From NCBI GenBank assembly GCA_051294905.1, contig CM119372.1, positions 14,758,001 to 14,822,000 on the forward strand: a DNA stretch of 64,000 nucleotides. The letters run 5' to 3'. Shown piece by piece: positions 1 through 11,653 of the stretch (position 1 is its first letter; every line of letters starts with the position of its first letter). The position numbers and the translations under genes were made by a program. The stretch comes from Botryllus schlosseri (lineage: Eukaryota). The notes beneath the pieces are model-generated. The model ran no database searches, was not told the DNA's origin, and saw only the letters and a list, made by a program, of their open reading frames with translations.

Positions 1-2014
1 TTTATTCGTACAAGTACTATGACATAAACTGAACATTCGTGAACAAGGAAGATATATTATACCAGATTCATGATAGCACAGACGTCCGATTTTTAAATGC
101 CATTGCTCATTATTACGTCAGAAGTGGCCTATTAGCTTTGCTAGTCATTGTGTAAGAAGCATCCACAGTAAATAGATATTCGATGTGATTGTAAGAACAC
201 CCGCCGTGCTGTATATCAGGTTATCAACACGTTCCACACGCCAGTACCCCGCAGCAGGATAATTAATCACCACTCTACGGAGTAACTTGTGTAATAATGT
301 TTGGTTATGCAAACGCAGTTTGACCGTTGCTGCTTAGCGAGCAGTAGGACTATATGTAGTTCGTATACGTACGTACACCGGATAGAGATTTGAAATTTTG
401 TACTCGTCAAATAAAACATTACGGTTTCCACAAAGAAGCAATCAAAATCAACAGTTGCTGATATATATCGTAACCGAGCCGTTTTTGCCGTTTCTCGTAG
501 CGGCAGCTTGCAGTACATTATATGCATTAAGTTAAAGGCAGAATTTTATGTTTTCTTCATCTTCCTCTCATATGACTCTACTCGAAACAGGCGCCAATCG
601 TTATTTCATAATTCTTTACTCAACATTGGGACCTGCCGCCATAGCCATGAGCTTAAATATCATGTTAGCGTGGGTTTTAGCTAGAACCAGGACCAAAACA
701 GCAATTCGTCCCCCAGTCCAAACGTTGGTCTTTGGCCGCCGTAGGGTGATATTTCTAAGTGGAAGACTGAATTTCGTCAATAATATCGTGTAATGCATTA
801 TATTATTATTAATTTTTAATCCTCTCTTTTTCTCTGCCCCCCCCCCCGATGGTCTGATTTACATGTAGAGCTGGGGCACGTAATTCATAATTATAACGCC
901 TGTTATCTTGTCATAATTACTTTAGCGTATGTTGTTCATTCGTGACTTCCGGTCTGTTATATAATCAAAAGATAATGTTGTATCCCAAACGTAGCAGACT
1001 AAAAGAGAAACTTTCGTGAGACGAACACACAAATTGTCATGTCTTTTATGCTCTGTGGGTGTACGGGGGGCATTTGCATTGTGGGCTCGGATTGGAAGGA
1101 CCGGACCAGTAGTCACGCCCACCCAGCGTGGCTATTGACAATGGACACATGCCCTAAGTTTCGGCCAAAGTCTTTCTTTCGTAGCACACTTCGTGAAGTC
1201 GCGTGTTGGTCGGAATTTCATATGTCTTTTGGTGTGTCGTGGTACGGTATTGACTGGAACCTAAATACCTATTGCTATAAAATAGGGTTGCATTTAAAAC
1301 AAAAATAAATTTAACGAAAGCGTGTTTACAACAAGGCCCATGTTTAAAACATTTTTTTAAATTTATTTTATTTTTTTAAGCCATGACGTGACGAATGTGG
1401 ATTGCCGTTGACAATTGAAAATATAGGGTAAATATGGCTCCTTTGACGAAATATCCGTACTATAACTGTTGAACGGACTATTTTGAGGGGTTACAACCAT
1501 CCCATATCCCATAGCATTTTTTTACAAAATTATGGCATAATTTTACAACTTGAAAAAACACAATTCTTTTAAAGCCTTTGTTTAAAACATGTTTTAAACA
1601 GTGTGTTTTAAACAACCATTTGTTTCAAATGCAATCCTAAATCATGTATGCTTTTTTGTTGAGGGGGAGACGTATGCATTCCAAAATCAAGCTTATCTAG
1701 AGAGAATTTTCAAGTTAATTAAATCTTTCGAGAATACTCTATAGTTTATGTTGGTTTACGAAATACTTTTGAGTCCCCTTCGAGCTCGCTCCCCACCCTA
1801 GTGGAAAATTTGGGGTGCGGCAGTCATGGACCGGGCAAGAATGCAAATCGTTGGGTGCGATAAATCGTCCTCTATAAAAATCGGCAATATGTACATTATG
1901 ACGTAACAAGCAAATACCGCATCTTTTTTGAAAAGAAGTTTGTTATCTCATTAGGCCTTTTCAGCGCAATCCATATATTGTCTTCCAATATAACTTCTAA
2001 AATGCAAAATAAAT

Positions 2015-2172
2015 GTAATCGTGAGTAATCGTGATTACTTTTCCAATGTAATCGTAATCGTAATCGACTACTTCCTGATTTTGCTGTAATCGTAATCGTA
2101 ATCGTAATCGCGTCATTCGGAAGTAATCGTAATCGCAATCGATTACATTCATGAAGTAATCACCCCATGTCT
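2015..2172. repeat. (GTAATC)n array, probable end of a MITE starting near 867
   Basis: Repeated GTAATC hexamers ending CCCCATGTCTG; weak inverted match to TAGAGCTGGGG at ~866. Confidence 0.6.
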
Positions 2173-4264
2173 GATTGTAAGTGAATTCATTCGCTGCATC
2201 TGCTTAGAATAAATCGATTGAAAGATTGACGAGACTAACTTCATCCCAGAAGTATAAAAGTCAACTTGAGCGCCTTCGCACAGGCGTTTTATGAACCTTG
2301 AGGTAGACTTTGAGGCCGAAATTTGATTCGATTCGTAGTGTCATCTTCGGCTCACACGTAGTGTAGTGATTTTTGTGATGTTCAGGCGAACGCTCCCCAC
2401 GAATTCCCGCCGACCGGAAATCCTTGGTTGCAGTCGTGACTTCATGGACGGATTACCTTCCAAATTCATCATCATTTCCGCTGGTTCTACGAGAAGCGTA
2501 TCTGTATCGTCAGTCTGACTGATGCCTACCTGGGCATTTTACGGCAGGCCGTAGCCACACGTAGCTCGGAATTTGAGAAATAAACCTTAATAATGGATGT
2601 GAATGCGCGGACTAAAACCATCGATTGTATAAACTAAGCCATAAATGCGTTTGCTTCAGGGTTACAATACGTCCTCTTTTAAGAGAATGTGTTCTCTTTT
2701 TTAAAAACTTTGGTTATATGTAGGTGGATATTCGACTGAGATATAAGAAATCAGTACTGTAGTAACGTTCCGGCGGGTATTTCGGGAGTTGAGCCGGTAA
2801 GTCGACTTTTTTTAGTCAACTAACGGAGAATTCAACAAAAGTGTATATTTCCGGAGTCGAGTCGGAAAAATGACCTTTTCAGTCAACCAACTACAAACTC
2901 GGAATATATTTACGATTTTTTTCGGATTTTACTTCGGTATTGTAAGTCTGAAAATTTTGAAAAAGTGTCCTCTTTTCAGATTCCCAAAATATGGTAACCC
3001 TTCACTTTGAAGCATGTTTATTTATGTACCATATTCGCATTCAATTGTTTACTTTTCACAGATATTTGTCCAACTTAGGCGACGCAAAAGCAATGGGCAT
3101 GAAAAAGGGAATAATCGCCGGCGCTAGTATCGGCTTTTTGTATCTGACCATGTTTTCGCTTTATGCCGTCGTGTTCTGGTACGGAGTGACCCTCGTCGTC
3201 GACGTGAACGATCCACTAACCGCAGGAGACATGATGGTCGTGTTTTTTTGTATTCTAATTGCGGCTTACTCCTTGGGGATGGTGAGTGGTCAGCAGTGAG
3301 ATTGAAGGCAATCGGCATACTAACGATCGATATGGTACATGAGTCGCGATTGGATGAACCACGGGGTGCAAGGCCTGGCCTATAATGCCCAAATGCCCAT
3401 TGATAGTTGTTTCGTAACGTAACACTTCCCGTTGATTTGTGCGCCGACGCATCTTACCTACAGATATCAAACGGATGAATACCTACTTACAGCTCAAAAA
3501 ACTTCATATAAGTAGCAAGGCGACTACGAATAATTTAACCATATGCTGGTAAAACAAGGCTTGCATAAAAATTAGAATAGCCATTGCATTTCAGGCTGGG
3601 CGTAATTTTGAGTACTTTTCCGCTGCTCATGCAGCTGGACAAAAGATCTTCTCGGTTATAAACCGCATTCCACCGATCGATATCTTCTCGGAAAAAGGAC
3701 TGAAACCCGGAGAAGTCAACGGCGAAATCGAAATCAGGAATGTCGATTTTACCTATCCGTCCAGACCGGGAGTGCGGGTATGTTTTATGGATAATTTTGT
3801 GCGCCTAATTGGAATCGCATTCAAAGAGGACTGAGCGAGTGACAGCACTTTCACTTCGGCGATGTATTAACGGCATCAACAAATGTGAAGTGTGTATTCG
3901 CGCATCTATTGCAATCATTGACTGCTGTCATGAAATTACTATTTACTGCATTTGGGAGGATAACAAAATGTGGATATCCATATCCGTGAAAGGGATGTCA
4001 AACAAACTGTGAGAACGGTCCATCTATCCTAGAATTTTTCATATTTTCAGTGTTAGGTTCCGATAAGGCCTGGGGAAAATTGTATTTTCATGTTATGGGT
4101 GGTCCAAAATGGACCGCATCAGTATTCTTCCTATCCATTCTGGCAACGCTGACATTTAGTGTAATCCTACTCCCTCGACGGCCCCGTAACCGGATCGTGG
4201 TCATCTCAACTCTGGCCAAACGGATATGCATTGACCGGACAAACAACATCTTGTGTTACATCAG

Positions 4265-4381
4265 GTTTTGCGAGATATCAGCTTCACCGCGAACCGAGGA
4301 CAAACGGTCGCGCTCGTCGGCCAGAGCGGTTGCGGAAAAAGTACCTGTGTCGAACTCATCCAAAGATTTTATGACGTGGAG
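4265..4381 (+). CDS. ABCB exon encoding NBD1 Walker A ([39 protein letters not shown])
   Basis: AG at 4263-4264 and GT at 4382; 117 bp in frame; last exon before the 19.2-kb intron. Confidence 0.9.
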
Positions 4382-4509
4382 GTACGCTTTTGAAGTGGCA
4401 AGCATCCGGTCGTATATGGGGTATGAAACCTGGCTGGCGTCAGCATAAGCAAATTGCTACGTCAGTTAAAATATAAGACGACGACAGTAGTTATATAGAT
4501 CGGTCGTGA

Positions 4510-4800
4510 GGTGGCAGGGGGTTCTTATGGGTGCGGCGGCACGGTGCCGAGAAACTCGTGGTGGCACGGTGACCCTTATCTCTTATGGGTGCGGTGACAC
4601 GGTGCCATTGTGTCTTATGGCGGGGGTGGCACGGTTACCTTTTCAGGTATAGGCTGCGGCGGCACGGTGTCGTGAAAACTCGTGGTGGCATGGTTACCTT
4701 TTCGGGTATAGGCGCGGTGACATGGTGACCTTTCAGGTAGAGATGATTTGACTAACGTTGTTGGTATAGGCGCAGCGGCACGGTGATGTATGGTAAATAG
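4510..4800. repeat. GC-rich subterminal motif array (GGCACGGTG-like) near the element end; mirrored at ~18065-18355
   Basis: At least 8 copies of G(C/T)G(G/A)CA(C/T)GGT(G/T) interleaved with TCTTATGGG and GGTATAGGC. Confidence 0.85.
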
Positions 4801-6679
4801 TCACGTGATTGGTACTTAGTTAATGTGTATATCCCAAATTATTATATATGACCGGTCCGAGTCGATCCCAACGTTTACGGTGAGTGCGACAATGATATAT
4901 CGTTATTCTTATGACCGCGGCGACACGGTTGCGTATCTGATATAGACGCGACATGATAACGTTACAGGTATAGGGATCGCTCACACGGTGTTACATGAAG
5001 ACGTCGTAGTTCAGTCGTGACAAATGACCGATCGTGTTCTAAGTCTTTCCTCGCTATTGATCGCTAGCTGAATAAGACTTCAGATCGGATTATTCGCACC
5101 CTGTATACCGCTGTTTCGCACCTACAGAATAGTCTGCTGTTCAAAGTCAAAACAAGAATCACAAGTATACACATTTATACATTCATTCATTACTGTCAAA
5201 TCAAACTAAAGCACGCACAATCGTATCATTAACTTTTTTTTTTTTACCATCACCCAAAATAATTCAAGTATTCCTTGGCTGAAAATCGTTGAGTCCTTAT
5301 TATCAAAAATGTTATGGTGCGGTGTCGGAATCCATTCGCAGGATGTACTAAAGGTAAATTCAGATAATCCACCCGCGATCGCTCACAAGATAATACCTAA
5401 GACATAACCATCGCTCGCGACTCGCTGTTACATACATACCGATCGTTAACAATGTAATATTTTGGTAATTGGTTTGCCACAGAGCCGGCGTAGACGGCGA
5501 TTCGAATACCAACAATAGCAGCGTTCACAAACCAACACTTCAAAAAACGCGTGAAATAGGTTACAAATCCCACGATTGCTCACAAGATAACACCAAAGAC
5601 ATAGCCATTTCTCGCGTCTTGTCATTACATACATCCCAATCGCTACAGTGTAATATGTCGGTGGTTGTTTGTTACTATCAAGTAATAAGTAATGAATAAC
5701 AGTACCAACGCAGACCGTGATTCGTAAACCAACAATTTGACACTTTCTGGCGGTCGCTATATGTTTTGACACTTTGGAACGTGGTTGACTTTAGTTGTAT
5801 GATAAGAATCATGCGAACATTCAAGCAATGTGTCAATTTGTCAACTTGAAATGAAACTTACTACACAGCTCAAGTTGATTCGTATCTGAATGTGTTAATT
5901 CGGTACAATTCTAATTAATTTGAGAAATGTTATCGTGATCTTTTGATTCGACCGTAACCTGAATATTACTGACGCCGACTTTCAGCCACATTGAATTATT
6001 CGCACATTCCGCGCCGCTGTTTTCACACCTATAGAATCAATACCAACTATAACTCTACAAGAATCAAGAATCACAAGTATGTGCATTATACAGTTATTGT
6101 CGTTGTCAACTTCAAATCAAACTCTTAATACAAACACACATCTTATCACTTGTCAACTCTATCATGAAAATCCTCGAACCTGTATTATTAAGAATGTTAT
6201 AGTACGGCATCGGAATCCACTCGCGAGATGTACTGAAGGTAAATTGAGATCACCCAAAATGAAATATTTGGACTTTGACATAGTCTGAATTGCAATAGAT
6301 TGACAAACATGACTACCAACTTTCAACCCATACATATTTAGAGATTATGCGCATGTTGATTTGAAACAAGTAATGACCATACAACTCTATTCACGACTGA
6401 GTTTTCCGTTTGTCAAATAGAGTTTCAGTAAATAATTTCACTGTACTATCATGATATTTAAATGTGCTACTACACACAATAGAATCAATCAATGAAATAG
6501 CACCTGTTGTAAATATTTCTTACTTGACAACCACTTGTACATACCGCGATCGAGTTGCGACACGATGAGTTAAATGGGAATATTTCCATCTATTTGTCGA
6601 AACCTTGTACAAGCTATCTGGTTATTTTTTCGTTGCAATTGAGTTAACGGAAATAGTATTACGTCTCGACATCTTACCA

Positions 6680-8615
6680 TCTTACCATACTCCAAAGAGC
6701 CAACAAGGAAAAACCTTGTCAAGTAAATCGTTTGTAACTCACCCAATCAACTCAATCAGTATCAGTATGAAAACAGTCAAGCATACACGAGTCCATACAA
6801 TCGCTACAATCTAAAATCCGTAGCAGGTTCGGTTTTAGGCATATACCGTCAACTCGTCTTTTTTGTTCAACTGTAAAAGTCGTTACTATTCTGCGAGACA
6901 AAGAAATTACTATGCGGTATATTTTGTAAGATAAAAGTAATTACTTCTCGGTGCCGGCGACTTGAGATTAACATAATACGTTTCAGTATGCGAGATTTGA
7001 AAGTCTGCCCAACATGTTGAGAATTCATTTCTTACAATCGAACGCAGGTGTTATATTGAAAATTATCATGATGTAAACATAAGGATTGACACATTGATTT
7101 GACACATGTAATAGTTGATCATGACTTGATTATTAAATTATTTGCGGTAATTAGACCCGGCGTTGTGGTAAAGATTATTGTGACAGCAACAAACTTTTCA
7201 GTACCATTGTTATTAACATATTGATTTGTAAAACTATACTTGTCTGAAATGTTCTTGATTTGGAAGATATTCCGTGTTGGTACAAATCACTCTGCGTATT
7301 GCGGATATCAGAAAATATTTTACAAATGTAATTGTTTCCAGTACCCAAGACTAAAGATGAAACAACAATTTCGTTTGCTGATTAACAACCGGTACAATAC
7401 TTTATCATCATAAGCCGCGGTGAGAATTGAAACCCTTTCGCGCATTACCCGGTGTCAAGATATCACACTAGGTGAATTGACATACCGCCGCTTGAATAAT
7501 ACCTAATCCGTTCGCACCATTTCACATACTTTGATCATTACAAAAGTAAATTGTGATATGTTTGTTAGATGCACCCAATTCAGTTAGAAATGTCTGGTGC
7601 ACAACAATTGTAATATCAAAAAAGTACTTGCTACACTGTTATTTGCTAAACGTGTTTTGCATTGTTGTTCATTTGTTGTATTGATTGAAATTGTTCTCGA
7701 ACCCTCAAATAATAATTCCTGACATGAAACCAAGCCGCTGAAAGTCGTTACCATCACGAAGATACAATGTGTACGATGTTTGTCAAATGTGTCCTACCTG
7801 GCCAACAGAAAACAATTTTCACTCACTCGAAATGAAACCAATGTGATGGTCTCCATTCGATATTTTGTTTGTGTCAAATACTTTGCAATGAACACATTTG
7901 CGTGGTTGAGCTTTACATCATCAAGCTGTTATTTGTAAATCAAGATTTCGGTAAACTTGTAAATGCATCGTTTAACTAACCGACATTTAGTGATTGGGGA
8001 ACATATCAGACGATACACATCCATCTCCGAAATACTGCATTGATCTTAATTTCCATCATCGTGATAATTGAAGTACATTTCTTTCGAATTCGTAACAACC
8101 GACTATGACATGATAAATTTTTGACAAGTTATGCTTGGTTGGAAGATTGGTTGGGTTGCATATCGCGAAAAAAATAATATACCACTCATATTGATACTGT
8201 TACTCCATTGATCGATATTTTCAAACGAGTAAAATTTATTACTTGAGTTTCCCCGCTTAATGTAAATGAAAACTCAACCGTCTTTTAACATCACAAAGAC
8301 ATTGATAAAAAGTAGGCAATCAAACACAACACTTTGTACGACACTAATTATTGTTCCACACATCTCATTTCATACTAAGTGTATACGAAAGATATTCATG
8401 ACACATGAAAATATTCCCATGCTACAAACCTGTACAATGAGTGGTGGTGCTTTCAAACTGTTTCGATATCACAAGAACTTTATTGTCTGAATGGGTGTTC
8501 ATGTATCTTAATAATCAAATAGTTCAACACAGAACTAGTACGAACAGAAACATCAGAGTTGTTTACACAAAAGTTTGTATGTGCACAGTATGCGAATACC
8601 ATGTGTAAGTCCAGC
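6680..8615 (-). pseudogene. Mirror copy of decayed pPolB relic, left arm
   Basis: Reverse complement of 14250-16185. Confidence 0.5.
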
Positions 8616-9539
8616 ACAATTGCGGTATCCATCCGAGTTTAGTTAACACAAATTTATTACAACGAACCACGTAAACTTTCGTCAAAGAAAAGCATACTCA
8701 CTTCCAGAGGGCTATGTCAACGCCATAGCAGTAAATCAGCTACTCCAACAAGAAAGTACATATGTTTTTTAGTCACGGTCCTTACATCTTTCACATAGAT
8801 CAATCTACTTTGCTAACGAAAAGTGCTGAGTCATCACATGATTGCCCTCACAACAAAACAGCTAGAAGATATTATCATACAAAAATATTCCTGACCCTTT
8901 GCGCACCAGTGACAAATCATACAACAAACATTTTTTGCGAGTCGAATTGTTGTTCAGTGTCAAGTCTACCTGTTGAAACGTACATTAAAACAACACAGTC
9001 ACAACTCAATTAAAACCACGAATCTATTTTCATTTCGTCACATATAGAAAAATAAATTTTCTTTCCCCAACACATACTTGTAACCAATCGCTTTCATTAA
9101 ACACACAACTCCATAAAAGTATTTACTTTCTACAACATAGACATTCCGATCTAGTCAAGAAATATTTTTATTAATCAAAATCATCGACTTCTGTTCGTTA
9201 GTGTGTGCATGTCATACCTGTGGGTCCCGTATTAAAATGGACACGACACGACTGAATGTAAGGGGTACAAGTCTATCGCATCGATTTACACGTGGTCTTC
9301 GCTACGGTTTCAAAAAACGAATCATCTCTTTTGCATTGATCGAGACCGAGCAAGTTAGTTAATGGCCATGATTGTGTTTGTCATATGCGAATAATAGGGT
9401 TACTGTCAAATCTACATACAACAACCTTCTGGCACTCATAATAGCAATTTCATTCTCTCCCTTCGTAATTGTATACTCACGACAAGTATATTGTACAACT
9501 CGACAGCTACGTTTAACAAGACCAACGACACTGAGCCCA

Positions 9540-9985
9540 CGACGTTTACCTATGTAAAATTACCACTTTCACTTGGCAGTCCATCGTTTACCTGACTAAA
9601 CATATCATTTTCCTTTGGAGATCTGACGTTTACCCAGAGTAAGAAACCATTTTCACTTGGAAATATATTTTTCCCTAGGTAACAAACCTTTTTTCACTTG
9701 GAAATATATTTTTTCCCCTGGTAACAAACCTTTTTCACTTGGAAATATATTTTTTCACCGGGTAACAAACCTTTTTCACTTGGAAATATATTTTTTCTCT
9801 GGGTAACAAACCTTTTTCGCTTGGAAATATATTTTTTCCCTTAGCAACAAACCATTTTCACTTGGCGGGTCGTCGTTTACCTGAGTAAAAATATCATTTT
9901 CCTTTGGAGATCTGGCGTTTACCCAGTGTAACAATACATTTTCTCTTGGTCATCTAGCTTTTCCTAGAGTAACAAAACCATTTTT
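9540..9985. repeat. ~40-bp minisatellite inside the palindrome arm (mirrored at ~12880-13325)
   Basis: About five close copies of TTTTCACTTGGAAATATATTTTTTCCCxGGTAACAAACC (~9645-9865) flanked by diverged copies. Confidence 0.9.
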
Positions 9986-10279
9986 CATTTTGAAATCTGA
10001 CAAACACACCTGACAATTTGGTATTTGTTGTATTGACGATAGTTTGAAATAGATTACAACGAACAGTGACGGAAATATACACGGGCTACCGGTTTCAGAG
10101 TATACCCCCATCAGTCGTATCACATCAATATCATCGATTAACCACATACAATATGCTCTTGTACACCGAAATGCATGTTTTGGAAAATCGGACTATAGGC
10201 TTCGATAGTTCTGTGATGTCCGGGATCGTGCTTTGGATTTTCCAGAGTCAAAATGTCTGAATAAAACACCTCCTCGACG

Positions 10280-10972
10280 ATGGTTGGTATGTGGATAACG
10301 GTGTTCGGAAAACGGTTGGATTTATGTCACCCATCGCGAGTTTTCCCCCCGCATGTTTACTATATTGTGTCTTTATTGGTCAATGTATGTCTCGACATTC
10401 AGTTTGAAATCGGAAACCCTGATAAAGTACGTAACCGGATCCGGATATCAACTCTGAATCGAAAAACCAATGAACAAAGTAAACATGCTACACCCTCTGT
10501 TTCCACGAAAAAATACCATCCAGACATACGTCGCGCTTGTTTGCCCACACCAGTATACGCGTAAATGGAGGTGTGTGACATTGCATGCAATGTGTTGGTA
10601 TACAAACATCGATCCACAGACATTATCATAGCCGGTAGTTTTGATGTAGATCGAATGTCACCTGATAACAATGTCATACCAATAAGCCACATTGCAATGA
10701 CTCTGGGTCTGCGCTATTACATCGATATTTCGACGCCGTTCACTGATTTACTCGATGGTGTTATCGTGTTGTTACATTGCAAGATAGTCATGACCCTATC
10801 TCCCGACAGATCACCCAGACCAATTGGATACATCGTCAATATCCGTCGTGTTGTCGACACCGAAATTTTCTGTTGTACAGCGTTTGACCAATGTGAACTA
10901 TCGAAGTACGGTGCTCGAAATGATTGCGATCAGTCTTTCACTAAATCACGGGATGTCGCTACTCCCACATAA
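10280..10972 (+). pseudogene. Possible decayed EEP (APE-like endonuclease/phosphatase) domain; mirrored at 11893-12585 on -
   Basis: Two abutting same-frame ORFs (10280..10564, 10565..10972) split by one stop; DIIIAGSFDVD resembles IIxGDFN, LLDGV resembles the LD motif, SPDRSPRPI resembles SDHxPI. Confidence 0.3.
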
Positions 10973-11653
10973 CGACTCCAGGTAAATATCGTGAACAGTG
11001 ATTCTGAAAATCTCGGACTGATACTGTGATCCAATAAGGTGTGTTTCTGTGGAATCTGCAATCGTACACCACAATAGAACACTACCTCGTGATTTCACAC
11101 GCAATCATAAAACACACTTTTGTAAGGGTCCAATTCGTCCGGTGACATTTCGAAACGGTCATCGCTACAAGAGATCGGGTTGGTCTCGTCATATCGGTAG
11201 CATTTTGACACTGTCATCACCACAAGGCTATTGACGTCGTTTCGGTTCGTCATGTCAATCCGTTTTATAATTTACCGTTTTTCAACTCCCCGCACCATAG
11301 TGTTACGACACAGACAAGAAGCATCGGTGGAAATAATAAAACACGGAAGGCACACTTTGGTGTTATTTGACATGGATTTTACACCAGACGAACCTCACAT
11401 TCGAGCGATGTATTTGAATGGCGATTGTATTATTGACATCGAAGGAAAAGAAATGTATCGATTTATCGGTTTCGTACATATCCAACAAAAACTTGGGTGT
11501 ATGATTGTGCACGGTTCACATATTTGACTGTGATCACAATATTGGTATGTACTGTAAAGTTCACTTTCTCTGTCAAAGGTAGTCGTGCGAATACCCATGT
11601 TATGGTTTCTATGTTTGTGTGTCCCATTCGAATTGTGTGTCCATTCGAATTTG

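Larger units (their letters stand above)
4486..11211. repeat. Left arm of giant inverted repeat (6,726 bp)
   Basis: Reverse complement of 11654-18378. Differences noticed by eye: T12 vs A11 homopolymer near 5234/17620, and substitutions 6443/16422 and 6966/15899. Confidence 0.97.

Noticed and set aside
1896..2138. ITITIT/RLRLRL low-complexity ORF
   Set aside because: Translation of the (GTAATC)n array
9540..9985. CRISPR array
   Set aside because: Units are contiguous tandem repeats with no unique spacers, there are no cas genes, and the context is eukaryotic
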